A stretch of DNA of 64,000 nt from a virus (IMGVR_UViG_3300038393_003172:9209-73208); one strand, 5' to 3'; counted from the first letter of the stretch, positions 1 to 9,399 are shown. Numbers and translations are program-made. The notes: generated by a model from the letters alone, not told the origin.

Positions 1-348
1 GGGCCGGCAGTCGCTGGGGTCGTGGTTCAGGTGCATCGTGGTCAGCACGATGACGATGGGCTTGGGGCCTTCCTCGCTCTGCGGCCAATCCAGCTCGGCG
101 GCGTACTGCTGCGCCTCTTTGTAGGTCCAGCGCTTCGTGCCGATCATGGGCAGCAGGCCGCGGCCGGCGTAGCCTTCGACGGGCTGCCACACCCAGATGC
201 CGCGCTCCTGGCGCCAGTGCCCCACGGCGTACTGGCAAGCGCCGCAGCCCTCCCACTGGCAGCGCCAGCCGGCGCGCTCCTTGGCCGCGAGGCTGATGGC
301 GTCCCAATCTGGCGGGTAGAGGGCTTTCTTGTCCTTTGTGATGGGCAT
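1..348 (-). CDS. HNH endonuclease-like protein (runs off the window edge)
   Basis: Hand translation MPITKDKKALYPPDWDAIS...RAGWRCQWEGC...IVLTTMHLNHDPSDCR matches the phage HNH pattern YP.DW..I / VLT..HL.HDP. Confidence 0.75.
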   Translation of the reverse strand, partial: MPITKDKKALYPPDWDAISLAAKERAGWRCQWEGCGACQYAVGHWRQERGIWVWQPVEGYAGRGLLPMIGTKRWTYKEAQQYAAELDWPQSEEGPKPIVIVLTTMHLNHDPSDCRP

Positions 349-351
349 GGC

Positions 352-699
352 TTACCCCTTGGTCAGTTCATCGCCGGCCATGGCGATGATCGAAGCTATA
401 GATGCAGATATGGCCTCGGGGCCGATCACTTGCCCGCCTGGCGCCTTGAAAGACACCTCTATGACGCCCCTGTGACCGTCAACGAATACCCGGCCACCTT
501 TCCAGTTTGCGAAGACGCAGGCGCTGTTTATGTCGGCCACACGCACGACGTGGGTCACCATCGCTGGATTCAAGTCGATCCATTTCACGATGCGGCCGAA
601 GCGCGGAATGCAGTCGTCGCACAGCTCGGAGCCGTGCTGGCGCTGCAGGAATCCAGACCCGCGGCAGCGAAGGCATCGGTACTCGATGCGGGCTTTCAT
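352..699 (-). CDS. Hypothetical protein with CxxC pairs
   Basis: MKARIEYRCLRCRGSG...LCDDC; start overlaps the upstream stop. Confidence 0.65.
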   Translation of the reverse strand: MKARIEYRCLRCRGSGFLQRQHGSELCDDCIPRFGRIVKWIDLNPAMVTHVVRVADINSACVFANWKGGRVFVDGHRGVIEVSFKAPGGQVIGPEAISASIASIIAMAGDELTKG

Positions 700-1088
700 G
701 GAAGTTCCACCCACACGCCGCACTTGTTCGCCACCACGGCCCGGCACACGGCCTCGGGAAGCGTCAGGCCCATTTCGTTGCTGTGGTGGTGGCTGACGCG
801 CGCGAGCCAGTGCTTCACGTTGACGGGTTCTCCGTCGAACACGCCGCCGGGATCGCGCGGCTCTACGCGCACGTCGTACTTCGTGATGAGCTCACCGACG
901 CCAGATAGGTCCGTGGACGGGGCATAGCGGGGCGTGTCGTCCCCGCCGATGTAGCCGGCGAATCCTGTTCGATCCAGAACCCAGCAGTCGCCACGCACCG
1001 GGTGACGCATGACCTTCAGGCCCTCGGCAACGGCCATGGCCGTGTCCAGCATTGGGCCGGCTGGCAGATCGCTGACGCGGTGCTTCAT
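696..1088 (-). CDS. DUF2591/NinX-like phage protein
   Basis: LD.A.A.AEG, YAPSTD..G.LI and G.T..EA.CRA.V motifs. Confidence 0.7.
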   Translation of the reverse strand: MKHRVSDLPAGPMLDTAMAVAEGLKVMRHPVRGDCWVLDRTGFAGYIGGDDTPRYAPSTDLSGVGELITKYDVRVEPRDPGGVFDGEPVNVKHWLARVSHHHSNEMGLTLPEAVCRAVVANKCGVWVELP

Positions 1089-1090
1089 AG

Positions 1091-2320
1091 TCAGCCCTTC
1101 ACGCACACGACCTGCTTGAGCGTGTGAACCACATCCACCAGGTCGGCCTGCGCAGCCATCACGGCGTCTATGTCCTTGTACGCCTGGGGCGTCTCGTCCA
1201 GCACGTCGGCGTCCTTACGGCACTCCACGCCGGCGGTGGCCGCCTCGTGATCGGCCAGCGTGAATCGCTTGCGGGCCTCGTTGCGGCTCATCGCGCGGCC
1301 AGCGCCATGCGAGCAACTGCAGAAGCTCTCGCGGTTGCCCTTGCCGCGCACGATGAAACTGCGGGCGCCCATGCTGCCGGGGATGATCCCGAGCTGGCTT
1401 TCTTGCGCGGACACGGCGCCCTTGCGCGTCACCATCACGTCCGCGCCGAAGTGCTTCTCGCGCGAGACGTAGTTGTGGTGGCAGTTCACCGCAGAGCAGA
1501 CGCATGCAAACGGCCTGTGAATCGCACTGGCCATGGCAGACAGGGCCGCTTCCATCATCAGCTCACGGTTAGCGGCGGCAAAGCGTTGCGCCCAATCGAG
1601 CGCCTTCCAGTAGTCGTTGAAAAGCTCAGAGCCCTCGGGGATGTAGGCCAGGTCGTCGTCGGGCAGGTTGATGAACCAGCGACGCATGTCCTTCTTCGCC
1701 AGCTCGATGAAGTGGCTGCCGATGGCGTTGCCGATCCCCCGCGATCCCGAGTGCAGCATGATCCAGACGCGCTGCTCTTCGTCCAGGCAGACCTCCACGA
1801 AGTGGTTGCCCGTGCCCAGGGTGCCGGCGTGCGAGGCCGCGCGCTGCGCCGCCTGCCGAATTGCCGGGTACTTGTCGCTGATCCAGCAAAGCTCGGACAT
1901 GATCGGCTGCATCTTGACAAGCACGTCAGGAGGGGTTGTGCCCCAGGCGCCACGGTCCCCGGAGCGGCCGTTGTTCGTGCGGCCATGCGGGATGCGGGCC
2001 TCGATGGCGCTGCGCAGCCCGGCCAGGTTGTCGGGCAGATCGCTGGCGGTGAGCGTCGTGCGCTGGGCGATCATCCCGCAGCCGATGTCCACACCCACAG
2101 CGGCCGGGATGATGGCGCCCTTGGTCGGTATGACGCTGCCCACCGTGGCGCCTTTGCCGAGGTGAACGTCCGGCATCACAGCCATATGCTTGTGAATGAA
2201 CGGCATGCCGGCGATGTTGAGCAGCTGCTTGCGCGCCTCGTCCTCGACCTGCACGCCGCGCGTCCATGCCTTGATCGGCACGCGGGCGCCTTCCATCACT
2301 TCATAGCTGTAGGTGGTCAT
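1091..2320 (-). CDS. rtcB: RtcB family RNA ligase
   Basis: MPDVHLGKGATVG, VGVDIGCG, GTLGTGNHF, HSGSRG, CHHNY, PGSMG, SHGAGR, DETPQAYKD, terminal VKG. Confidence 0.97.
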   Translation of the reverse strand: MTTYSYEVMEGARVPIKAWTRGVQVEDEARKQLLNIAGMPFIHKHMAVMPDVHLGKGATVGSVIPTKGAIIPAAVGVDIGCGMIAQRTTLTASDLPDNLAGLRSAIEARIPHGRTNNGRSGDRGAWGTTPPDVLVKMQPIMSELCWISDKYPAIRQAAQRAASHAGTLGTGNHFVEVCLDEEQRVWIMLHSGSRGIGNAIGSHFIELAKKDMRRWFINLPDDDLAYIPEGSELFNDYWKALDWAQRFAAANRELMMEAALSAMASAIHRPFACVCSAVNCHHNYVSREKHFGADVMVTRKGAVSAQESQLGIIPGSMGARSFIVRGKGNRESFCSCSHGAGRAMSRNEARKRFTLADHEAATAGVECRKDADVLDETPQAYKDIDAVMAAQADLVDVVHTLKQVVCVKG

Positions 2321-2336
2321 CAGTTTTCCTTCTTCC

Positions 2337-2420
2337 GTTGCATAAAACTGGCCGGCTGTCCCATAAAACCGGCCCGGAACTGCATAAAACCGGGCGCGCG
2401 TTGCATAAACACGGGCTTCC
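2337..2420. repeat. Four imperfect 21-bp tandem repeats upstream of rtcB
   Basis: CATAAA cores at 2341, 2362, 2383 and 2404, each followed by ACCGG-like sequence. Confidence 0.8.
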
Positions 2421-2444
2421 GTCCCGCGAATCAGCCCGGCTGTC

Positions 2445-3011
2445 TCACCAGTACGCGTTCGGGTTCTTGTGGTCCGGGTACTGCTGCGCCAGCCACACAG
2501 CAGCCTGCTGGCGCATCGCATCGCGGACTTCGTAGCTGTCGCTTTGCGAAGCCGTGCCGAAGTCCTTCAAGGGCTTGCCGGCGTCCATCACAGACACGGT
2601 GGTCTGTCCCGCCTGCGGCGTGTCGTAACGGCTCTGGACGTAGTAGCGCGGCTCCAAGTTCATGTGCGCGCTGCGGTCGTAGAACGCAGCCTTGTAGAAG
2701 ATCGACGCGCGCTTGCGGCCCTGATCGTCGTGCAGGTAGCTCCACATGGCGTGGTCGCTGGCGACCTTCTTCCAGCCCGGCGGCAGCGTGGCCTTCACGA
2801 ACAGGTCGTCGGCGTCCTCACCGAACACGATGCCCAGCGCCTCAAGCTGCGCGCGCGTGGTGCCGTGTAGCAGTTCCTTGGGCAGCGTTTCGGATGCTAC
2901 GAAGTCGCGCTGGCCGCGCGCCTCCTGGGCCTCGATGCCTCCGGGGGGGGAAGCCACTTTGAAGTTTTCCATGTCGCCCCTCAGAAGGGCGCCAAAGGCT
3001 GCAGGGTTCAT
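2445..3011 (-). CDS. Conserved phage hypothetical protein
   Basis: PGGIEAQEA.GQ, LPPGW, H.MWS.L.D..GR.RA.IFYKAAFYDR motifs of a phage family of unknown function. Confidence 0.8.
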   Translation of the reverse strand: MNPAAFGALLRGDMENFKVASPPGGIEAQEARGQRDFVASETLPKELLHGTTRAQLEALGIVFGEDADDLFVKATLPPGWKKVASDHAMWSYLHDDQGRKRASIFYKAAFYDRSAHMNLEPRYYVQSRYDTPQAGQTTVSVMDAGKPLKDFGTASQSDSYEVRDAMRQQAAVWLAQQYPDHKNPNAYW

Positions 3012-3080
3012 CGGTCAGTCCTCGGGTTAGGCCGCGCGTCGGCGGCGGGTTGGTCATCGGTAATAGACAAGTGCGCTGAA

Positions 3081-3419
3081 TCAGCACCACCACAGCACGA
3101 CGCGCGTCTCGGGCGGTAGCGCCTCCACGAAGCACACCACCGCGTAGTCGATGCCGCCTTGGCCTTGAGCACCAAACAAATGGTGGGCCAGCCGGTGCGC
3201 CGGCATCCATGTCAGCGGCACGTGGTAGGCGTCAGTCTTGCGCTCGGTTTCGCCTTCGTCGTCCCACCAATACACGCCCTCGGGCAGTGGTATCGCCTCA
3301 GCCTTGATCCGGTCGAATGCTTCGTAGTCCTGCCAGAACAGCCGCAGGCGGTCGTAGGCGATGACAGGCTGGCCTGGCCGATGTTGATACTCGAACGCCA
3401 GGTACAGGTTTGCGCTCAT
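3081..3419 (-). CDS. Hypothetical protein
   Basis: Operon-coupled ORF with protein-like composition. Confidence 0.7.
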   Translation of the reverse strand: MSANLYLAFEYQHRPGQPVIAYDRLRLFWQDYEAFDRIKAEAIPLPEGVYWWDDEGETERKTDAYHVPLTWMPAHRLAHHLFGAQGQGGIDYAVVCFVEALPPETRVVLWWC

Positions 3420-3700
3420 GGGGCCCGACCCTTCATGACTTCGGCCACCTTGGCATCCATCTCCGCAGCGTCCAGAGCGAAGTCCAAGTTCTGCCAGGTT
3501 TCCCCAGGCAGAAGAAACCTGAGCCTATGAATCTCAGCTCTCCCGTCCGCGTGCAAATGGATTTCGGCCCTGAGCTTGTGAATGTTCTGGCACAGGAACT
3601 CGTAGCGAGCGCGCAGCGTCTCGTAGTCCAGCCGAGGCTGCGCCGGGGTCGTGACGCGCAGCAGCTCGTCCATCATCTCGGGGGCTTGGTTGGTGGTCAT
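3416..3700 (-). CDS. Hypothetical protein
   Basis: Start reassigned to MTTNQAPE; GGAG RBS; overlaps neighbours. Confidence 0.6.
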   Translation of the reverse strand: MTTNQAPEMMDELLRVTTPAQPRLDYETLRARYEFLCQNIHKLRAEIHLHADGRAEIHRLRFLLPGETWQNLDFALDAAEMDAKVAEVMKGRAP

Positions 3701-3981
3701 CAGAAAAGCTCCTTTTGTGGCGCCTCGGCCGCGTGCTTGGGGCACAGGTGTTCGTCGGGGCCGATCTGCTTGGCGTGCTCGCTGCAGATGGGCATGTCGC
3801 ATGTCTTGCCTTCGTCGCCAACTGGCGCGTCGCACAGGAACGCCGACGCTTTGCAGCAGTGGTGGTACGTGGTGCCCAGGTGCTGCCACTCGAAAGGCGC
3901 CCTGCACGGTGCATCGTGCAGGCGCTTGCCGCCGATCTTGAAATGAACCAGGCCGAGGTTGGGCACCCGGTAGAAGGGCAT
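3700..3981 (-). CDS. Cys/His-rich zinc-finger-like protein
   Basis: LCDAPV...TCDMPICSEHA...LCPKH. Confidence 0.7.
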   Translation of the reverse strand: MPFYRVPNLGLVHFKIGGKRLHDAPCRAPFEWQHLGTTYHHCCKASAFLCDAPVGDEGKTCDMPICSEHAKQIGPDEHLCPKHAAEAPQKELF

Positions 3982-4059
3982 CACTTCCCTCCGTTGCGGT
4001 CGCGCAGCCAGTTGGCCGCGAGCAGTGCGACGAGAAGGCCCAGCATCCACAGGCCGGTT

Positions 4060-4371
4060 TCAAGCCCGGTGTCCATGGGCGCCCCTTCGGCACTGATGCT
4101 GGATGCGAATGCGCAGCGCGAACAGACGGCCCTGCTTGAGCTTTGGACGGACCTTGCCGCCAACGTACAGCCGGCAGCCCCACACGTAGACGCTGGGCAC
4201 CATCGGCTCCGTGCGAAGTCGGTGGACCGCCTGCCGCCGCAACACGATCCTGTCGTGCGTGTGGCTGCGCCTTGGGGTGTAGTCCTTCGGGGTGCGGTAG
4301 CCGCTGTGCCTGCCGCGTTTCTCCATGGCCCGCAGGCGCTTGTCCATCATCAGGGTTCTGGAATTGCTCAT
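4060..4371 (-). CDS. Basic hypothetical protein
   Basis: MSNSRTLMM start with GAGGA RBS. Confidence 0.5.
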   Translation of the reverse strand: MSNSRTLMMDKRLRAMEKRGRHSGYRTPKDYTPRRSHTHDRIVLRRQAVHRLRTEPMVPSVYVWGCRLYVGGKVRPKLKQGRLFALRIRIQHQCRRGAHGHRA

Positions 4372-4498
4372 TCCTCGTCGTCCTCGTCGGTCTTCAAGAA
4401 CAGCCACAGCACCAGCAGCGAAAGCGCTCCGACGAATAGCCAGTAGCCGGTCATGAACGAGCGGTGATCGCCGAAGCAGAGGCTGTAGTAGGTGTGGG

Positions 4499-5029
4499 TC
4501 AAGTCCGTTCCTTGCTTGCCCATACCAAGGCCTCGCGCTGCTGCTCCGGGGTGCCGTGCTTGAGCATCACAGCAGCAAGCTGGAGTTGCGTTTCCGGGTT
4601 GCTTGGAACGGGCATCTTGGTGACGGTCGGCGCCTCCGTCACCATAGTTCGGTCGCACGCGTACTTCAGCGCATCGGCGACCACGCCAGAGGGTTCATCG
4701 CCCTGCACGGTGGGCACCTGCTGGCGCTCGTCGTTGGCGTCGTAGAGGTCCACGTGCAGCTCGCCAGCTTTCACCTGCACCACGATCTGCCAGCCCTCGG
4801 GCAACTCACGCTTGGCCTGCTCCAGCCGGTATCCAAGCAGGCTGTCTCCTGGGCCAATCTGCGCAGAGGCTTGCTCATGCACATGGAACGCGGCCCTCAT
4901 GAGGTCAACGATCTGACTGCAAGCCTGGTACTGCAAATGCGCGGGCAATGCCTTCGACACTGACGATGGGGACTCGCCGGCCTTGTTGTAAACGGCGTGC
5001 AGGAACGTCTCCAGCGTGTCGAACTTCAT
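4499..5029 (-). CDS. Hypothetical protein
   Basis: MKFDTLETF start overlaps the DHFR stop. Confidence 0.7.
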   Translation of the reverse strand: MKFDTLETFLHAVYNKAGESPSSVSKALPAHLQYQACSQIVDLMRAAFHVHEQASAQIGPGDSLLGYRLEQAKRELPEGWQIVVQVKAGELHVDLYDANDERQQVPTVQGDEPSGVVADALKYACDRTMVTEAPTVTKMPVPSNPETQLQLAAVMLKHGTPEQQREALVWASKERT

Positions 5030-5856
5030 GCTTCGCCTTTCCGGCAGCACTCGGCCGGCAGCTTCGGGCAGGAGGCGCAGTCAGGCCCATCAGGCAGGGC
5101 GCGCAGCGGCTGCCAGGACACGGGGCGCACCTGATAGAAGCCGCTGCCGTCCGAGTAGGGCAGGAACCACCCGTCGAAGGATGGCTGTTCCTCACCGCCG
5201 CCGCAGGCGTAGTGCATGGGCTCCAGCAGCTTCCCGTCAGCCGCGCGCCCGCGCACATACGTGCAGTCCTGCGGCGCAGAGCTCAAGGCGTCCCAGCGCC
5301 CTGGGCGCCATTCCACGTCATCGCTCCAGTGCCGGCGGATGCGCCGGTAGGTGTTGATGGCGAACTTGAAGCCAGCCGCAGCGCGGCGAACAGCGCCGCG
5401 CTCCTGTCTGAAGCGCCAGCGCGAGAAGTAAGGCAGCTTCGTGTCGCCATCGAAGTCGCGGTCGATCTCGGTGAGCACCACCTCGTCGGCCACGTGCAGC
5501 GCCAGCGCGTACACCTGGGCGCCGCCTATGACGTAGATCACTGGCTCACGCAGATGCGTCAGGCGTGCAATGGCGAACTCCAGTGATGGAGCCAGTTCCT
5601 GCGCACCGCATTCCGCTGCAGCCGCAGCGTGTGCCTCTGTGCGCGTCAGCACCACGTTGCGCCGGCCCGGCAGCGGCCGGTGCTGCGCAGGCAGGCTCTC
5701 CCAGGTGCGCCAGCCCATCACCACCGCCGCGCCCATGGTGAGCTTGCGGAAGTGCTCCATGTCTTCGGGGAAGTGTCCCCAGGGCAGGGCACCCTTGTGG
5801 CCGATCACGCCGTTGCGGGCGACGGCGGCCACCAGCACGACGCGCGGGCGGCTCAC
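5026..5856 (-). CDS. folA: Dihydrofolate reductase with ~100-aa C-terminal extension
   Basis: VAAVARNGVIG..G.LPW, ED..HFRKLT, VVMG.RTWESLP, RPLPGRRNVVLTR, VIGGAQVY, GDT motifs; GTG start at 5856. Confidence 0.93.
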   Translation of the reverse strand: MSRPRVVLVAAVARNGVIGHKGALPWGHFPEDMEHFRKLTMGAAVVMGWRTWESLPAQHRPLPGRRNVVLTRTEAHAAAAAECGAQELAPSLEFAIARLTHLREPVIYVIGGAQVYALALHVADEVVLTEIDRDFDGDTKLPYFSRWRFRQERGAVRRAAAGFKFAINTYRRIRRHWSDDVEWRPGRWDALSSAPQDCTYVRGRAADGKLLEPMHYACGGGEEQPSFDGWFLPYSDGSGFYQVRPVSWQPLRALPDGPDCASCPKLPAECCRKGEA

Positions 5857-6062
5857 TGCGCCACCTCGGGCGTGGCCGGCGCGACAGCGAACGAGGGATG
5901 CGGCGGCAACGGGCACCACACCGGCGGCGGCGTGGCAATGCCGTTTTCCACGGCCTGCGGCGGCAGTTCCTGGTGGTTCATCTGCGCGCACTCCCAGCGG
6001 CCGTAATTCCGCTTGCGGTACGGGCAGAAGGCGCAGGCAGTGATAGGGATGCAGCGGATCAC
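5853..6062 (-). CDS. Small Cys-rich protein
   Basis: CAFCPY...EC...PVWCPL; overlaps both neighbours. Confidence 0.6.
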   Translation of the reverse strand: MIRCIPITACAFCPYRKRNYGRWECAQMNHQELPPQAVENGIATPPPVWCPLPPHPSFAVAPATPEVAQ

Positions 6063-6778
6063 GGCTTTGCTCCTTCGCTGCCCGTCTTTACACCTACCGG
6101 TATGGCGGCCTGTTCGCCGCGCAGCGGGCTGCCCAGCCCGTGCTGGCGCTGGCACTCCAGAGCCTTCCCGATCACTTCCGTGGCGTCCCGGCCGCCCCTG
6201 ACCTTCGACGCGATCATGCGAATGAACATCGCCAGCTCGGCTACAAGCAGTGGCACGTCGCCGAAGCCCAGGCGCTGGTGAGCCTGCTGCGCAGCAGGCG
6301 TGCTCATGTCGGCCATGGACTCCAGCACCGCCAGCACGATGGCCGTGGCGTTGTCGCCTGTGCTGTCGTGGGCAAATGCGGTCAGCGCCTCGTCCACGCT
6401 GGCGAAGCCCACGAGCCGCTCGGCGTCGGCCCAGGTGGCGGGTATGACCGGCGCCGCGGCGGCAGCCGTGTTCACGGCGCTGACGAACTGCTGCAGCGTC
6501 GCGCCGAAATTCTCCTGGGCCTGCTGTGCGTTCTGCAGCCGGGATTCCCTGGCCTCCTGCAGCCGCAGCCGCGCCAGCTCGGCCACATCGCCTTCAGGAA
6601 CCATTCGCATGCCTTCCGGCGCCCGGTAAACCGTGCGACTCTCCATGCCGGCGTCCAGCGCCAGCTTGTAGCCGTTGCAGGTGTCCATGAACGCCATGAA
6701 CCGCTGTGCGTCCTCGGACTTGAGCGAAAAGGTCACCGGAGGCTTGCCGTCCTCAAGGTCGATGTTCATCACTGGCAT
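6059..6778 (-). CDS. Hypothetical protein
   Basis: 239-aa ORF with RBS, in operon. Confidence 0.7.
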   Translation of the reverse strand: MPVMNIDLEDGKPPVTFSLKSEDAQRFMAFMDTCNGYKLALDAGMESRTVYRAPEGMRMVPEGDVAELARLRLQEARESRLQNAQQAQENFGATLQQFVSAVNTAAAAAPVIPATWADAERLVGFASVDEALTAFAHDSTGDNATAIVLAVLESMADMSTPAAQQAHQRLGFGDVPLLVAELAMFIRMIASKVRGGRDATEVIGKALECQRQHGLGSPLRGEQAAIPVGVKTGSEGAKP

Positions 6779-7110
6779 GAGGTTTCCTCCGGGTTATCGG
6801 CCTTGGCCTTGGCTTCCAGCGCCGCTATGTCGTCGGCGCTGGTGATGCCGTAGTGCGGCATGAGCGCGCCGCCTGCGTGCCAGAGGCGCTCCCATGCTTC
6901 CTTCGTGATCCCGCCGCGCTGGCGCTGCGCCAGCAGCATGTAGACTGCCAGGAACAGCTCGCGTTGCTCCGCATCCACCTCGGTTTTCCTTTCCAACTCG
7001 GCACGAACAAGGCCAGTCAATTCCCCGATGGTCCCGGGTTTGCCGTAGGCCATGAATGACAAGTCAACCAGGGCATCTGTGGCGGTTTTGGGCTTATCGC
7101 AGGTAAACAA
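6769..7110 (-). CDS. Hypothetical protein
   Basis: TTG start after GGAGG, downstream of the operator at 7126. Confidence 0.6.
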   Translation of the reverse strand: MFTCDKPKTATDALVDLSFMAYGKPGTIGELTGLVRAELERKTEVDAEQRELFLAVYMLLAQRQRGGITKEAWERLWHAGGALMPHYGITSADDIAALEAKAKADNPEETSCQ

Positions 7111-7125
7111 GGTGCCTCCGTTTTT

Positions 7126-7140
7126 GTAGCGCGGCGCTAC
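7126..7140. promoter_or_regulatory. Operator A (putative CI site)
   Basis: Perfect odd palindrome GTAGCGCGGCGCTAC, intergenic. Confidence 0.8.
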
Positions 7141-7210
7141 ATCATATAGAGAATCCTGTGGATAACGCTATTCCCGCAGGGTGGTTGTGTAACGCATCGA
7201 ACTGCTGACC

Positions 7211-7702
7211 TCACGCCTTGCTGGTCAAATTTGTCAGCGCCTGCGTTACCGCAGCGGCAATGCGTTGCTCCATGTGCTTGCCCAGCGCCAGCGCAACACG
7301 CTGCTCCAGCATCTGCCCTATGTCGTGGTCCAGCCGCTGCTGCAGATTCGCCAGCAGTTCATCGCGCAGCTTGCCCAGGCGCTCGGGCGACAGGTCCATC
7401 CCTTCGGCTATGGCGCGTTTCAGCGCCTCGTCGGCTTCCGTCTGCAGGCTTTCCTTGACCTCTTGGCCTATGGTGATGCGCCGACCCTTTATCACGACCC
7501 CGGCGCGCGCTATGGCCTCGCTTGCAGCCTGCTCGACCTGCAGCCGGACGCTATTTTGGAAGTCGGGCAGGTTCAGGTCCTTCTGGACGAGCCGCTTCAC
7601 GGCCTGGTCGATGACGGCGTTGCGCAGGGCCAATCGAGCTTCAGTGCCCTCAGGGAACAGGGCGGCCAGGGCGGTGTTGTCAAGGGATAGGTATATGGAC
7701 AT
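7211..7702 (-). CDS. Helical hypothetical protein
   Basis: 163-aa ORF with protein-like composition. Confidence 0.7.
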   Translation of the reverse strand: MSIYLSLDNTALAALFPEGTEARLALRNAVIDQAVKRLVQKDLNLPDFQNSVRLQVEQAASEAIARAGVVIKGRRITIGQEVKESLQTEADEALKRAIAEGMDLSPERLGKLRDELLANLQQRLDHDIGQMLEQRVALALGKHMEQRIAAAVTQALTNLTSKA

Positions 7703-7745
7703 GGTGTGCAGATCGTTGTGTTGTCAGGCGGTGGTTAGGCAGTGG

Positions 7746-8303
7746 TCAGGCGGCCTCTTTGCGGCGGAACATCCATGGGCGTGTTTCCATGGTCGGGATA
7801 GTTTCGTTATCAACATATGGCTCCAGTGCGATGGAGTGGTCAGATACAGAAGGCCCCTCGAAGAACAGAACCACCGCACCGCGAGAGAAGAAAATGGAAT
7901 GCACCTCGTCAGCCTTCATGGAGTAGCACTCGCCTGTGCTGTAGCAGTGGTCTGCGTGGACCCAGCGGCTGACCCCAAGAGGCTCTTTGGAGTAGTCGCC
8001 CATGGCCCCCTTGTAGGAGAGCGACGAAACGCAAAACTGATCTGCTGCCGGATGGTCCGCAGCGGCTCTACGCCACAGCCGGTTGCGCACGTTCCCGCGC
8101 AGCACCCAGCACTGGAAATCAAATCGGTGGCTGTGCGGCGTAATCGCCTCTTGGTGCTCGCGGCTGCAGTGAAAAAGCCGCACGGTGCCGCGCTCGCTGC
8201 GTCCCCCAATGAGGTAGCTGGTCAGGCCCGGGATAACGTAGTTGCTCACGGGAGAATGAGCCATGCTCATCAGCGAATCGACATCAAATAGGACCGAGTT
8301 CAC
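7746..8303 (-). CDS. Cupin-like hypothetical protein
   Basis: TPHSHRFDF..VLRG and G..Y.M...EVHSI metal-binding pattern. Confidence 0.65.
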   Translation of the reverse strand: MNSVLFDVDSLMSMAHSPVSNYVIPGLTSYLIGGRSERGTVRLFHCSREHQEAITPHSHRFDFQCWVLRGNVRNRLWRRAAADHPAADQFCVSSLSYKGAMGDYSKEPLGVSRWVHADHCYSTGECYSMKADEVHSIFFSRGAVVLFFEGPSVSDHSIALEPYVDNETIPTMETRPWMFRRKEAA

Positions 8304-8662
8304 GCTTCTTTCTCCTTTTGTGCGTTGTTCCAGGGTTCGGTGACCGTCCAGCCTGCAGCGCGCAGTTCTTCGACCACCTTGCGAACGTGCGGGCACACGT
8401 AGTGAGGGTTCAGCCTCCAGCGCCTGTAGCTGTACGTCACCTCGCCGCGGTCGGCGGGGGCCTTGAGCAGCCCGCGGATGCGTCGGCCGTCTGTGCCCAG
8501 CGCAGTGCGCAGTTCGGTCGTTGTCATGCCTTCCTCGCTGCTGCCGATGAGCGCCAGCACCCGGCGTGTCTCGCTCGTGCTGGCGCCGCTGGCCTGCAGC
8601 GCGGCCGGTATGCGGTTGATGGGTTTGTTCATGGGTCTCCTGATCTGCTGCTGGTCAGCCAT
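8300..8662 (-). CDS. Winged-HTH-like protein
   Basis: GMTTTELRTALG...RGEV...RWRL. Confidence 0.55.
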   Translation of the reverse strand: MADQQQIRRPMNKPINRIPAALQASGASTSETRRVLALIGSSEEGMTTTELRTALGTDGRRIRGLLKAPADRGEVTYSYRRWRLNPHYVCPHVRKVVEELRAAGWTVTEPWNNAQKEKEA

Positions 8663-8668
8663 GGGCGC

Positions 8669-9085
8669 TTATCCGTTAGTGATGGAATCGAGTTGTTTGG
8701 ACAGCCAGGCTTTCTGCTGCCCGATGCCCATGCCGCGCATCGGCACGGTCACGTCAAGGCAGGCCGTCCAGCCCCGGTAGCACCGGCCGGCGAGCACCTC
8801 CAGCGGCTCGGCCAGCAGCCGCGCCGCGCCAAGCTGCGCCAGAACCAGCGCATTCCATGCGGCCAGTCGCTCGCGCGTGGCGTGCGCCAGCGTGTCGTCG
8901 TACGGCTGCAGCACCGTGTCCGGGGCCACCAGCCCGTGCTTGGCCGACAAGATGAACCAGCGGGCACCGCGCAACGCGGCCAGGGAGCGGGCCTTGCGGA
9001 ACAGGTCGCCCTGGTAGAGCAGGCGGGCCTCGGCCGGGGCGGCCAGCTTGGCCTTGCTGCAGGCAACGAGGATCACCCGCTCCAT
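8669..9085 (-). CDS. DUF6884-like protein
   Basis: LVACSK.K, A..LYQG.LF, WFILSAKHGLV, PYD.TL, P.RGMGIGQQ. Confidence 0.8.
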   Translation of the reverse strand: MERVILVACSKAKLAAPAEARLLYQGDLFRKARSLAALRGARWFILSAKHGLVAPDTVLQPYDDTLAHATRERLAAWNALVLAQLGAARLLAEPLEVLAGRCYRGWTACLDVTVPMRGMGIGQQKAWLSKQLDSITNG

Positions 9086-9396
9086 CACAGCGTCCTCTGC
9101 GTCACGGGTACACATGCCAGTTCGGGCGGCACGACGAACCCGCTGGGGCGAACCTCTGCCGGAGCGACGGTCTTGATCGTCCAGGCTTCGCCGCAGGCGT
9201 GGCATTGGTAGTGGCGCGGCGGCAGGTCGATGCCGGCCGGCGACTTGGTGAACTCGTCCAGCGGCGCGTGGTGCCCGCACTTGCACTGGATGCCGAACCC
9301 ATCGGCCACAGCCTTCAGGGCCGTGGGCTGCGCTGGCTGCATGAGCTTGTCCATGCGCTCGCGCAGGCGGGCGAACTTCAGCGAAACATCAGCCAT
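9085..9396 (-). CDS. Zinc-ribbon protein
   Basis: CKCGH and YQCHACG. Confidence 0.6.
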   Translation of the reverse strand: MADVSLKFARLRERMDKLMQPAQPTALKAVADGFGIQCKCGHHAPLDEFTKSPAGIDLPPRHYQCHACGEAWTIKTVAPAEVRPSGFVVPPELACVPVTQRTL

Positions 9397-9399
9397 GGA

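Noticed and set aside
2943-2950. G8 homopolymer as a phase-variation switch
   Set aside because: The ORF is in frame and such runs are expected at this GC content; no supporting evidence
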